Shown here: positions 46,833 through 55,225 of the stretch, piece by piece | Numbering within the stretch: the stretch's first letter is position 1 | Layout: the number at the start of each line of letters is the position of its first letter | Source: Phycisphaerae bacterium | Lineage (GTDB): Bacteria; Planctomycetota; Phycisphaerae; SM23-33 | Reading direction: 5' to 3' | DNA: 64,000 nt | Assembly (NCBI GenBank): GCA_041687095.1 | Contig: JAWLCQ010000004.1 | Span: 19,194 to 83,193, forward strand | Translations under genes and position numbers: made by a program | Notes under the pieces: model-generated | The model's input: the letters and a program-made list of their open reading frames with translations, nothing else | Told to the model about the DNA's origin: nothing | Database searches by the model: none

Positions 46833-47743
46833 CGGCTCTTCACCCGCGCCATGCGGCGGCTGAGGTAGTACCCGATCATCTGCCCGATGGGCTGATGCGT
46901 GACGACGGGCGTGTAGTCGCACTTCGCCTGGGCGCAGCCGCTCTGCAGGCGGTCGAGGAACGCCCGCACCCGCTCCAGGTAACGCTTGCGGATCATCGCG
47001 GGGTCGAGGTCCATCCGCCACTCGGGCGCTTCGAGGCACTCGAAGCGCGACCAGCTCTTGAAGGAGAACGACAACTCCTCGGGCGCCATCACGTGCACCA
47101 GCCACGGTTCGTGCCCGCGGACGGACAGGAGGCGGAGGGAGTCCAGCAGCGCGTCCTCGTCCTCGAAGGCGTCGGTGAGGACCAGGACCAGCCCGCGGCG
47201 GCGGAGGCGCTTGCCCACGTCCCGCAGGACCCCCGCGAGAGACGTCCGCCCCCCCGCACGGACGTTCTCGAGGTTCTCCACCAGCGCGCGGAAATGCCCG
47301 GGGTGGGCGCGGGGCGGGACGAAGGACCGCACGCGCTCATCGGCGACGGCGAGCCCGACCGCGTCGCGCTGGTGCAGCAGCAGGCGGGAGAGGCTCGCCG
47401 CCAGCACCTGCGCGTAGCGGAGCTTGCTCACCGTCTCCATCCCGAACCCCATCGACCCGCTGCCGTCCACCACCAGCATCGCCTGGAGGTTCGTCTCCTC
47501 CTCGAACTGCTTGATGTGGTAGCGGTCGCTCCGCGCGAACAGCCGCCAGTCGATCAGCCGCACCTCGTCCCCCGGGGAGTACGGGCGGTGCTCGGCGAAC
47601 TCGACGCACCCGCCCTTGAAGGGCGAGCGGTGCATCCCCGCGAGGTACCCCTCGACGATCCGCGTCGCCACCACGTCCAGGTGCCCGATCTCCCCGAGCA
47701 CCTGCCCGTCGACGATCCCCGCTTGCGTCCGATTCTCGCTCAT
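46829..47743 (-). CDS. DUF58 family protein (MoxR-associated, VWA-like fold)
   Basis: The DUF58 core SPFKGGCVEFAEHRPYSPGDEVRLIDWRLFARSDRYHIKQFEEE is characteristic. Lies directly downstream of the MoxR ATPase gene. Confidence 0.8.
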   Translation of the reverse strand: MSENRTQAGIVDGQVLGEIGHLDVVATRIVEGYLAGMHRSPFKGGCVEFAEHRPYSPGDEVRLIDWRLFARSDRYHIKQFEEETNLQAMLVVDGSGSMGFGMETVSKLRYAQVLAASLSRLLLHQRDAVGLAVADERVRSFVPPRAHPGHFRALVENLENVRAGGRTSLAGVLRDVGKRLRRRGLVLVLTDAFEDEDALLDSLRLLSVRGHEPWLVHVMAPEELSFSFKSWSRFECLEAPEWRMDLDPAMIRKRYLERVRAFLDRLQSGCAQAKCDYTPVVTHQPIGQMIGYYLSRRMARVKSR

Positions 47744-47766
47744 TGGCCCGTGCCTCTCGCGGATAC

Positions 47767-47822
47767 TGGTTCATTGGTTGACTGGTTGACTGGTTGATTG
47801 GTTGATTGGTTGATCGGTTGAC
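47767..47822. repeat. octanucleotide tandem repeat (TGGTTGAY)x7 in the moxR-DUF58 intergenic region
   Basis: tggttcat tggttgac tggttgac tggttgat tggttgat tggttgat cggttgac, followed by an inverted partial copy (cagtcaaccagttcacc) about 60 bp away. It lies 25-80 bp upstream of the DUF58 ATG. Confidence 0.9.
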
Positions 47823-47902
47823 TGGGCAAGGAACCGATTGCTCCATTGCCTCACCGTGTACTCGCCGGTGAGTCCATCACCCAGTCAACCAGTTCACCAT
47901 TC

Positions 47903-48934
47903 TCAAGCCTTCGCCATCGCCGGCAGGAGGGACTTGGCGCTGCGGAGGATTTCGACGATGAGGTCGTCCGCCGTCCGCCCCGCCGCCTCCGCGCTGAAGC
48001 TGGGGATCACGCGGTGGCGGAGCACGGGACCGGCCATGGCGACGACGTCCTCGGTCGTCGCGTGGCAGCGCCCGTGCAGGACCGCGCGGGCCTTGGCGGC
48101 GAGCAGGAGGTAGATGCTCGCGCGGGGCCCGGCGCCCCAGGCGATGAGGTTCTCCAGCCCGCTGGGCATGGCCCCCTCGTTCGGCCGCGTCATCCTCGCC
48201 AGGCCCACCGCGAAGCGGTAGACGTGCTCGCCCACGAGGACCCTGGGGATGATCTTCTGGATGCGCTCGATGTCCGCCCCGCTGAGGACCTCGGTAACGG
48301 TGGCGGCGTACTCGGTGGTCTGGCGCTTGGCGATCTCGATCTCTTCGAGTTCGCTGGGGTAGCCTACCTGGATCTTGAGCATGAACCGGTCGAGCTGCGC
48401 CTCGGGCAGCGGGTACGTGCCCTCCTGCTCGATGGGGTTCTGCGTCGCCAGGACGAAGAACGGGTGGGGCAGCGGGTAGGTGTTGCCCCCCACCGTGAGC
48501 TGCCGCTCCTGCATTGCCTCCAGCAGGGCGCTCTGCGTCTTGGGGGGCGTGCGGTTGACCTCGTCGGCGAGCAGGAGGTTGGCGAAGAGCGGGCCCGGGA
48601 CGAAGCGGAAGGCCCGCCGGCCCGTGGTGTGGTCCTCCTCCAGCACGTCGGTCCCGGTGATGTCGGCGGGCATGAGGTCGGGAGTGAACTGGATGCGCCC
48701 GAACTTCAGCCCCAGCGCCCGCCCCAGCGACGAGACGAGCATCGTCTTGGCGAGGCCCGGGACGCCCTCGAGAATGCAGTGCCCGTGGCACAGCAGGGCG
48801 ATGGTGAGCTGCTCGATCACGTCGTCGAGCCCCACGATCACGCCCCGCAACTGCCCCACGATCCGCTCGTACGCCGCGTGGATCTCCTCGACCGCCTGCA
48901 CCTGCGCCCCGCTGTCCTGACTGCCCGTAGTCAC
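47903..48934 (-). CDS. MoxR-family AAA+ ATPase
   Basis: Walker A GVPGLAKT, Walker B LLADEVNR, and strong overall MoxR/RavA similarity (…LATQNPIEQEGTYPLPEAQLDRF…). GTG start at 48934 with AAAGGAG upstream; the track ORF extends to 49075. Confidence 0.85.
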   Translation of the reverse strand: MTTGSQDSGAQVQAVEEIHAAYERIVGQLRGVIVGLDDVIEQLTIALLCHGHCILEGVPGLAKTMLVSSLGRALGLKFGRIQFTPDLMPADITGTDVLEEDHTTGRRAFRFVPGPLFANLLLADEVNRTPPKTQSALLEAMQERQLTVGGNTYPLPHPFFVLATQNPIEQEGTYPLPEAQLDRFMLKIQVGYPSELEEIEIAKRQTTEYAATVTEVLSGADIERIQKIIPRVLVGEHVYRFAVGLARMTRPNEGAMPSGLENLIAWGAGPRASIYLLLAAKARAVLHGRCHATTEDVVAMAGPVLRHRVIPSFSAEAAGRTADDLIVEILRSAKSLLPAMAKA

Positions 48935-49228
48935 CCTTCGCTCCTTTCGCCGCACCGCCCGGTGCGACTGCCCGTCACCCTGATCCGGAAATGCCCAATG
49001 CTCCGTCAGACGCTCGAACCGGCCAAAGGTTCCGCACGGCACGGCCGCCTCGACATTCTGCCAGAATTTTGGCACCCTGTCCCGCCCCCGTCAAGCGTAA
49101 ACGCGAAATCCCTGCAGAATGCGGGGCGCACCCCGGCGGGAATCCCGAAGGAAAAGAGTGCATTTTCCGGTCCCCCCGGTACAATCCCCGCCTTCCGCAC
49201 CGCCGCCCGATGGAGTGAGGACGAAACG

Positions 49229-50266
49229 ATGACCGCCCTGGACTACGCGACGCACCCGAACTTCAACCCGACGCCCGAAGTCACCCAGCGCTACAACGCC
49301 ACCATCCGCCGCATCGGGGAGGCGTTCCGCAAGGACGGGGGCGATAAGGCCCCGCTCCTCGCCGCCGCCTACGCGGACATGCAGGAGTTCACCCCCCGCC
49401 GCTGCCGCGAACTCTTCGCCCTGGGCTCGAAGTACTCCCTCGCCAAGGAGTTCTTCTACGAGACCATCGCCGCCAACGCCGCCGTCATCACCCGCCTCCT
49501 CGAACAGCAGGGACAGGTCGAGCAGGCCAAGGCCTTCATGATCGACCTCTACCGCACCGCCTTCGACGAGGGCTTCACCCGCGGCCGCGAGTTCCTCGTC
49601 AACCGCCTCGACTCCCGCACGTTCATGCCCCTGCGCAAGCACATCGACGCGGAGTACCTCGCGGCCATCGGGTACACCCGCCCGGACAACATCCTGCTGT
49701 GCGTCGGGGACTGCCAGACCGTCATCCACGCCGAGAAGGTCCGCGACGCCCTGCCCCTGCGCGGGATCGACATCGCGAGCTACCAGCATGAGCTGGGCTC
49801 GCTGCTGGACTCGCCCCTGGAGCACCTGCTCCACCCGGTGGGGTACCTCTACTCCACCAAGCTCGCCGCCGACTACGCCCTGCTGGGCAAGAGCTTCGAC
49901 GCCCGCGAGAAATTCCTGCAGATCGCCCGCGACATCGTCGCGTTCCTGCACCGCAAGGGCACGCGGCGGAGCGTGTTCGTCACCCACGTGTTCTTCGGTG
50001 TCGACAATGCCGTCAAGCACGTCGGGACCCCCCGCGACGTGTGCATGGACGCCGTCACGCGCTTCAGCGACGACGTTGCCGCCATCCTCGCCACCGCCCC
50101 GGGCGCCCGGCTGATCCACTTCCAGGAGATCTGCCCCTTCACCCCGGGCACCGAGGCGTTCCGCGACGACCCCGACTCCGCCTTCATGCTCCACTTCCGC
50201 TTCGACATCATGGACGCCGTCCACGCCCGCATCGCCGAAGCCCTCGACGGCCTGGACGACGCCTGA
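49229..50266 (+). CDS. hypothetical protein (345 aa)
   Basis: This is the 3' part of track ORF 47846..50266; the 5' part of that ORF is antisense to moxR. ATG at 49229 (MTALDYATHPNF) with a GAGG-type RBS. Protein-like composition. It converges on the BlaR1-like gene with a 12-bp gap. Confidence 0.55.
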   Translation: MTALDYATHPNFNPTPEVTQRYNATIRRIGEAFRKDGGDKAPLLAAAYADMQEFTPRRCRELFALGSKYSLAKEFFYETIAANAAVITRLLEQQGQVEQAKAFMIDLYRTAFDEGFTRGREFLVNRLDSRTFMPLRKHIDAEYLAAIGYTRPDNILLCVGDCQTVIHAEKVRDALPLRGIDIASYQHELGSLLDSPLEHLLHPVGYLYSTKLAADYALLGKSFDAREKFLQIARDIVAFLHRKGTRRSVFVTHVFFGVDNAVKHVGTPRDVCMDAVTRFSDDVAAILATAPGARLIHFQEICPFTPGTEAFRDDPDSAFMLHFRFDIMDAVHARIAEALDGLDDA

Positions 50267-50278
50267 CCCAGGCGGCGG

Positions 50279-53200
50279 CTACTTCTCTGCGGGTTGCGTG
50301 GCAGGCGACGGGAAAGCGCCGTCCCCCTCTGCCGGCGGAGCGGCCTCCGCGGCGGTGAAGGCCCAGTCCGCGGGGTTCAGCAGGTACTCCCGGGCATCAT
50401 CCATCTCCAGGTCCGCTGGGATGCGGTTGCTCTCGGTGCGCTCGGGGCGGTCGAGCGGCATGTTGCTGCGGACGCGGAGGCGCTCACCCTCCCAGCCGAC
50501 GATCTCGATGTACCCGACGTACGGGTCGAACGAGAACTCCGGTTTGCCCGACTGCCCCGCCGCGTTCGACGGCCCGGAGAGCAGCGCGGGCAGGTCGAAC
50601 ACGTCCAGGAACGGGTGCCCCTCCCCGCTAGTGACTATCGCCAGGTGCTTGCGGTCGGGCGAGACGGCGGCGGAGTTGAGGTAGCCCACCGACGTCTCGA
50701 TCTTCAGCGGGGTCCACTCCGTCGCTCCGGCGGGGAGGAACCGCCAGGAGGGATTCACGTTCCCGTCGTGCTCGGCGACCTCGTACCACAGGGTGCCCTC
50801 GCGGAGCGGCAGGACCGCGAGCTGCGGGGCGATCCTGCTTGCGTCGTCGATGACCATGTGCAGCACGTCCATGGGACCGAACTGACGTTCCGCGAGATAC
50901 TCGGCCCAGATGCGGGCGGTTCGGCGCGCCAGCGCCAGTTCGTCGGCCGGGCTGGAGGCGTTCGCGTCCGCGGGGCCGGGCGGGGGAAGCTTGATCCCCG
51001 TGAGTCTGCACAGGGCGTCGTGGACTGCCAAAGCAGCTTCGCTCCCCCGGCCGTGGGTCACGTGGGCGAGCAGCCGCCAGGCGTCTTCGCCCTTGCCCGC
51101 GTCGGCGACTGCGGCGACGAGGGCGGGGCCGACGCAGCAGATCAGGTCGAACGCGGAGGCGTAGCGGCGGTTGGGGCCCAGCAGCTCGAGCAGGTGGTCG
51201 CGGGCGCGCATGGCGTGCAGCGCGTCGATGAAGTACGTCCCGTGCAGCCAGCGGCGCGGGTCGGGCTCGGTCCCGTCGCCCGGCCCGTCGAGCACCCGCG
51301 AGACGATGGCGTCGGCGAGGGCCTTGCGGGCGGCCGGTCGGTCCCTGGTGGCCGCCACGAACGCGTCGAAGTCCTCCCGCGCCACGCCCTGCGGATCGCG
51401 TACCAGACGATCCATGGCTCTACGGATCTCCTCGCCCGTCGTCATCGGGGGCAGCGGGGCTGAGGTAGGCGTGGCAGCCGTTGGCGCCGCAGACAATGTC
51501 AGGCGGAACGCCGACGCGTTGAGGACCTCGTGGTCCGAGTCCGTGAACTCGAAGGACAACTGCTCCGTCTCCCACAGCGGAACGCCCAGGATGGTCCCGT
51601 CCGACTCGACGCTCGCCGTCCGGGTGAACATGGCGGCGCCCTCGCGGTCCAGCAGTTCGAGCTTCGCTCGGTAGGTCGCTTTCGGCCACGAGGCGTAACC
51701 GAGCTTCAGCACCGCGCGGACCGCGTTGTCGGGGGTTCGCTGGAAGCGCACGGTCTCGGCGGCGGCGACCTTCCACGGGTCCGGGCGCTGCGGCGGATCG
51801 GCGTCGTGCCAGACCTTCACGGGGACGGGGATGTCCTTGTCGAACTCCAGGCGGCCGCTGGTCTGCCCGCGGTAGACAGTCAGCTTCTCCAACCCGGAGG
51901 CGGGCAGGGTTTCCTTGGGACCGGGCAGAAGGACCAGCACTCGGGAGGTGTTGGGGCCGTTGTGCAGGGTCCATACCGACTCGGGGCGTGCGAACTCCGT
52001 GATGCGGCGGAGGACCTCCATCGCGGGGATGTCCTTCAGGTCCAGCGGCGGCGCCTGGGCGCTGAGCCACGGGGCGGGATCCTGCCCTTCGGCGACGGGC
52101 ATTCCTACCGTCTCGGCGTAGGTGATGGCGCTCCCGGGCGGTTGCTGCTCGATGACCTTCTGCACCGCTTCCCGCACGGTCAGACCGGCAGTGTTGAGTG
52201 TGACGGGATAGGCCAGCTTCGACCCTGCCCGCGGGAGCACCACATAGCTATCCCCCGTCTTGAGCCACGTGTACGGCGTGTTGCGCGTCATCTCCGTCAG
52301 CAGGCGCCCGATGCCGTAGCGGACCTGGGCGTTCACGGTGTACCACGGTCCGATGTCGAAGATCATGGTCGCGGGCTTGCCTTCGGCGAGCATCTTCTTG
52401 GCCAGTTCCAGGCGAAGCTGCTCGTTGGGCGACAGTTTGCGGGCGGCGGCCGTCGCCTCCAGTCTACGGATCGCCTGCTCGATAGTGATCGGGTCCTTTG
52501 CGGTGTCCAGGTCCGGGTTCTCCAGGCACAGGCGGATGTTGTACTTCTGGCGGACCGTCGCGCAGAGGTGCTGCATGGTCTGCGAGTCGGCGTGGAGGGA
52601 GAACGTCCGGGGGTCGTTGATGACGCTGGGCGCTTCGTCCGCGACGGGCGTCTGCGCCAGCAAGGGCAGGATGGCCTTGGCCTCGGCGGGGGTGGCGCGG
52701 CGGTACTCAAGCTTGTAGACGAGGGATACAAAGCCGTAGAAGACGATCCGGTCGTCGCCCGCGCGGGCCATCTCGGACAGGCCGCTGAAGCTCTTGCCGG
52801 AATCGTCCAACCACCGTGCCAGCGAGTACTGCGCTTCGGGACCGCCGAGGATCCCGCCCCGGGAAACCTTCAGCCCCACGTGGGCCGCGTCGAAAGGCTG
52901 GAGTACCCACTTGGGTCCGCCATAGAGGCCGGTAAGCCCCAGCGGTCTCTCCGGCGTGCCCCACAGCCCGGCGTCGCGCCAGGTGCGGTCGGCGTTGTAC
53001 TGCACGAGGTAGTACTGCGGCTCCTCCCACCCCGGGTTGTCCGTCCGCTCGCGGACCCACAGGCCGACGAGCCAGTCGTCGCCCTTGCCGCCGTCGACGG
53101 CCGCGGGGTCGGCGGGGGCGTCGGGCGCGGGCGCCGTGACGGCACAGCCGACGATGAGGGCGGCGATCAGGAGCGACACCAGCACGCCCGCACCCGCCAG

Positions 53201-54508
53201 CGTGCGGGCGGTGCGGGTGGGGGCGTCGTCGGGGACGCCCAGGATGCGGCGGATGCGGGGGAGGAGCTTGCCGCCGGTGGCGGAGGCGGCGAGGGGGGCG
53301 GAGGCGGTGGGGACGGCGGGTTCGCCGGGACTGTCGGCAGAGCGGGGGCGGCGGGACGGGGGGAGCGGGAACCCCAGGGGCGATGACGAAGGCAGGCGGG
53401 CGGGCGGTTCGGCGGGACGGGCAGGCGACCCGACAGGACGGGCGGCGAGTTCGGCGAGGTGGGCGAGGGCGGCGGCGTAGGCGCGGGGGGATCCGACGGT
53501 GCGGACGGCGAGGGCGTCGCAGCAGTGCTCGCTCTCCTGGCGGACGCGGGCGGAGACCCACCAGACGGCGGGGTGGTAGAACAGCAGCGTCTCGACCAGC
53601 GCCTGCAACAGGCGCACGAGGCAGTCGTAGCGGCGGATGTGGGCCAGCTCGTGCGCGAGGATCGCCTGCACCTGCAAGGGGCTCAGGCCGGACATCGCCG
53701 CCAGCGGCAGCAGCACCACCGGTTTCCACCAGCCGATCACCATCGGCGAGTGCAGGACCGCCGACTGCAGCACCCGCACCGGCCGCGACACGCGGAGGCG
53801 CGTCAGCAGGGCGTCGAACCCGTCGAGGACCGTGGGATCGGTGAGCGGAGCGGCCGCCCGGCGGATGCGGCGCAGCAGCACCCACCCGCCCAGGTGCCAC
53901 ACCGACAGCAGCGTCACGCCCGCGACCCACGCGAGCAAAGCCCACGGCAGCAGCGGCTGGAGCGCCGCCTGCGCACCCGACCACCAGGGGGCGGCGGCGG
54001 ATGCGGGTGTCACGGTGGGCGCAAGGGCGACGGTGCGCGCGGGGGCGGGCGGGGCGGGAGTCGGCGGCGGGTCCTGCGCCGCGACGACCCCGCCGCTCAG
54101 TGACGGAGCGCCATTGAGTTCGGGGGCGGGCATGGCCGGGGGGTTGCAGTGCACGGTTTCTCCCCCACCGAAGACGGCGGGGGGCACGCCAACGATACCA
54201 TCGGGGACCGCGGGAACGAGCGGTGCGGGCACCGAAGGCGCCCCGGGCGTCACGAGCATCGCCGTCGCCACCGGCAGGACCGCCATGGTGGCCAGGGCGA
54301 GGCACGCCACGGCGTACCGTGCGTGCGGGGAGCGGCGGCGGAGCAGGACGGTCGCCCCCGCCAGCAGGGCCGCGATGGCGAGCCCCTGCCACAGGAAGTG
54401 CACCAGCGCCCAGGCAACCCGCTGCGCGAGCGGCCCGGTGAGCGTCTGCGTGAGCGCGTCGGCGAGAAGGGGCACGGTCAGCGCGTCGGCGAAAATGGAA
54501 GCGGTCAT
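50279..54508 (-). CDS. BlaR1/MecR1-family M56 peptidase-type membrane sensor with a ~1100-aa extracytoplasmic C-terminal region in place of a penicillin-binding sensor domain
   Basis: M56 signature HELAHIRRYD within an N-terminal 4-TM region. Start at MTASIFADAL (ATG 54508), which overlaps the BlaI-like stop (ATGA). The track ORF extends to 54838. Confidence 0.8.
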   Translation of the reverse strand: MTASIFADALTVPLLADALTQTLTGPLAQRVAWALVHFLWQGLAIAALLAGATVLLRRRSPHARYAVACLALATMAVLPVATAMLVTPGAPSVPAPLVPAVPDGIVGVPPAVFGGGETVHCNPPAMPAPELNGAPSLSGGVVAAQDPPPTPAPPAPARTVALAPTVTPASAAAPWWSGAQAALQPLLPWALLAWVAGVTLLSVWHLGGWVLLRRIRRAAAPLTDPTVLDGFDALLTRLRVSRPVRVLQSAVLHSPMVIGWWKPVVLLPLAAMSGLSPLQVQAILAHELAHIRRYDCLVRLLQALVETLLFYHPAVWWVSARVRQESEHCCDALAVRTVGSPRAYAAALAHLAELAARPVGSPARPAEPPARLPSSSPLGFPLPPSRRPRSADSPGEPAVPTASAPLAASATGGKLLPRIRRILGVPDDAPTRTARTLAGAGVLVSLLIAALIVGCAVTAPAPDAPADPAAVDGGKGDDWLVGLWVRERTDNPGWEEPQYYLVQYNADRTWRDAGLWGTPERPLGLTGLYGGPKWVLQPFDAAHVGLKVSRGGILGGPEAQYSLARWLDDSGKSFSGLSEMARAGDDRIVFYGFVSLVYKLEYRRATPAEAKAILPLLAQTPVADEAPSVINDPRTFSLHADSQTMQHLCATVRQKYNIRLCLENPDLDTAKDPITIEQAIRRLEATAAARKLSPNEQLRLELAKKMLAEGKPATMIFDIGPWYTVNAQVRYGIGRLLTEMTRNTPYTWLKTGDSYVVLPRAGSKLAYPVTLNTAGLTVREAVQKVIEQQPPGSAITYAETVGMPVAEGQDPAPWLSAQAPPLDLKDIPAMEVLRRITEFARPESVWTLHNGPNTSRVLVLLPGPKETLPASGLEKLTVYRGQTSGRLEFDKDIPVPVKVWHDADPPQRPDPWKVAAAETVRFQRTPDNAVRAVLKLGYASWPKATYRAKLELLDREGAAMFTRTASVESDGTILGVPLWETEQLSFEFTDSDHEVLNASAFRLTLSAAPTAATPTSAPLPPMTTGEEIRRAMDRLVRDPQGVAREDFDAFVAATRDRPAARKALADAIVSRVLDGPGDGTEPDPRRWLHGTYFIDALHAMRARDHLLELLGPNRRYASAFDLICCVGPALVAAVADAGKGEDAWRLLAHVTHGRGSEAALAVHDALCRLTGIKLPPPGPADANASSPADELALARRTARIWAEYLAERQFGPMDVLHMVIDDASRIAPQLAVLPLREGTLWYEVAEHDGNVNPSWRFLPAGATEWTPLKIETSVGYLNSAAVSPDRKHLAIVTSGEGHPFLDVFDLPALLSGPSNAAGQSGKPEFSFDPYVGYIEIVGWEGERLRVRSNMPLDRPERTESNRIPADLEMDDAREYLLNPADWAFTAAEAAPPAEGDGAFPSPATQPAEK

Positions 54509-54909
54509 GGCGTGTCCTCCCCCGCCTCCTCGTCCAGGAGGCGCCGGATCTCGTCCCGTTCCTCTTGCGGGATGTCCTGCGCGGTGAGGGCGGCGACCAG
54601 CTTGCGGGCCGAGCCTCCGAACGCCCGCTCCAGCAGGTCGCCCACCAGCCGCTGCTGCATCCGCTCCTCGGGGATCGCGGGGCGGTAGACGTGCGGGCGG
54701 CGGGCGTCGTCGCGGTGCACGAGCCCCTTGTCGTACATGATCTGCAGGAGCTTGAGCGTGGTGTTGAAGGCGGTCTGCTTGGCGCCCCCAGTGAGGACCT
54801 CGTGGACCTGGCGGACCGAACTGGGCCCCAGTCGCCACAGGGCGCGGAGGATCTCAAGCTCCGCATCGGTGGGCCTGGGCGGCGATTGCTTCCCCTGTCT
54901 GGCGCTCAT
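54505..54909 (-). CDS. blaI: BlaI/MecI/CopY-family transcriptional repressor (penicillinase-repressor winged helix)
   Basis: 134 aa. ELEILRALWRLGPSSVRQVHEVL...KQTAFNTTLKLLQIMYDKGLV matches the BlaI N-terminal wHTH. Translationally coupled to the M56 sensor gene. Confidence 0.85.
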   Translation of the reverse strand: MSARQGKQSPPRPTDAELEILRALWRLGPSSVRQVHEVLTGGAKQTAFNTTLKLLQIMYDKGLVHRDDARRPHVYRPAIPEERMQQRLVGDLLERAFGGSARKLVAALTAQDIPQEERDEIRRLLDEEAGEDTP

Positions 54910-55001
54910 GCGCTTCCCTTTTCCGCTGGGGCGCTCCCCCGTCCCCGACGACCCGCCGGGCGGTCCGGTGCAGCGCCTCAGCCTCTTGGACGGAATAATA
55001 A

Positions 55002-55036
55002 ACGAAGAGTTTCGTTCTTACCACGAAAATCTTCGT
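55002..55036. promoter_or_regulatory. two copies of an ACGAA-N4-TTCGT dyad (candidate BlaI-type operator) in the divergent blaI / U32 promoter region
   Basis: acgaaGAGTttcgt at 55002-55015 and acgaaAATCttcgt at 55023-55036, centres 21 bp apart, in an AT-richer stretch about 95-130 bp upstream of blaI. Confidence 0.35.
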
Positions 55037-55225
55037 TTTCATCCTGCGATTCGGTCCCACTCAGGACACCACCCTACGCTGGGTGCCACGGCTGCGCCGT
55101 CCGCAGCCGTGTCGTCCTGCCAGCATGGCTGCGGATGGCGCAGCCGTGGCACCCGGGCCGTGGCACACCCGGGCCACTGGGACTTCTGAAGACGCAATAG
55201 AATAGGGCGTGCCCAGGGAGACGCG

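Noticed and set aside
47846-49228. 5' two-thirds of the 806-aa plus ORF 47846..50266
   Set aside because: It is antisense to moxR. Only the last 345 codons, from ATG 49229, which has an RBS, look like a real protein.
52707-54866. 719-aa minus ORF in an alternative frame of the BlaR1-like gene, and similar alternative-frame ORFs (4639..5826, 16904..17986, 58754..60061)
   Set aside because: All are Arg/Pro/Gly-rich and overlap genes with clear signatures in another frame. None has start-site support.
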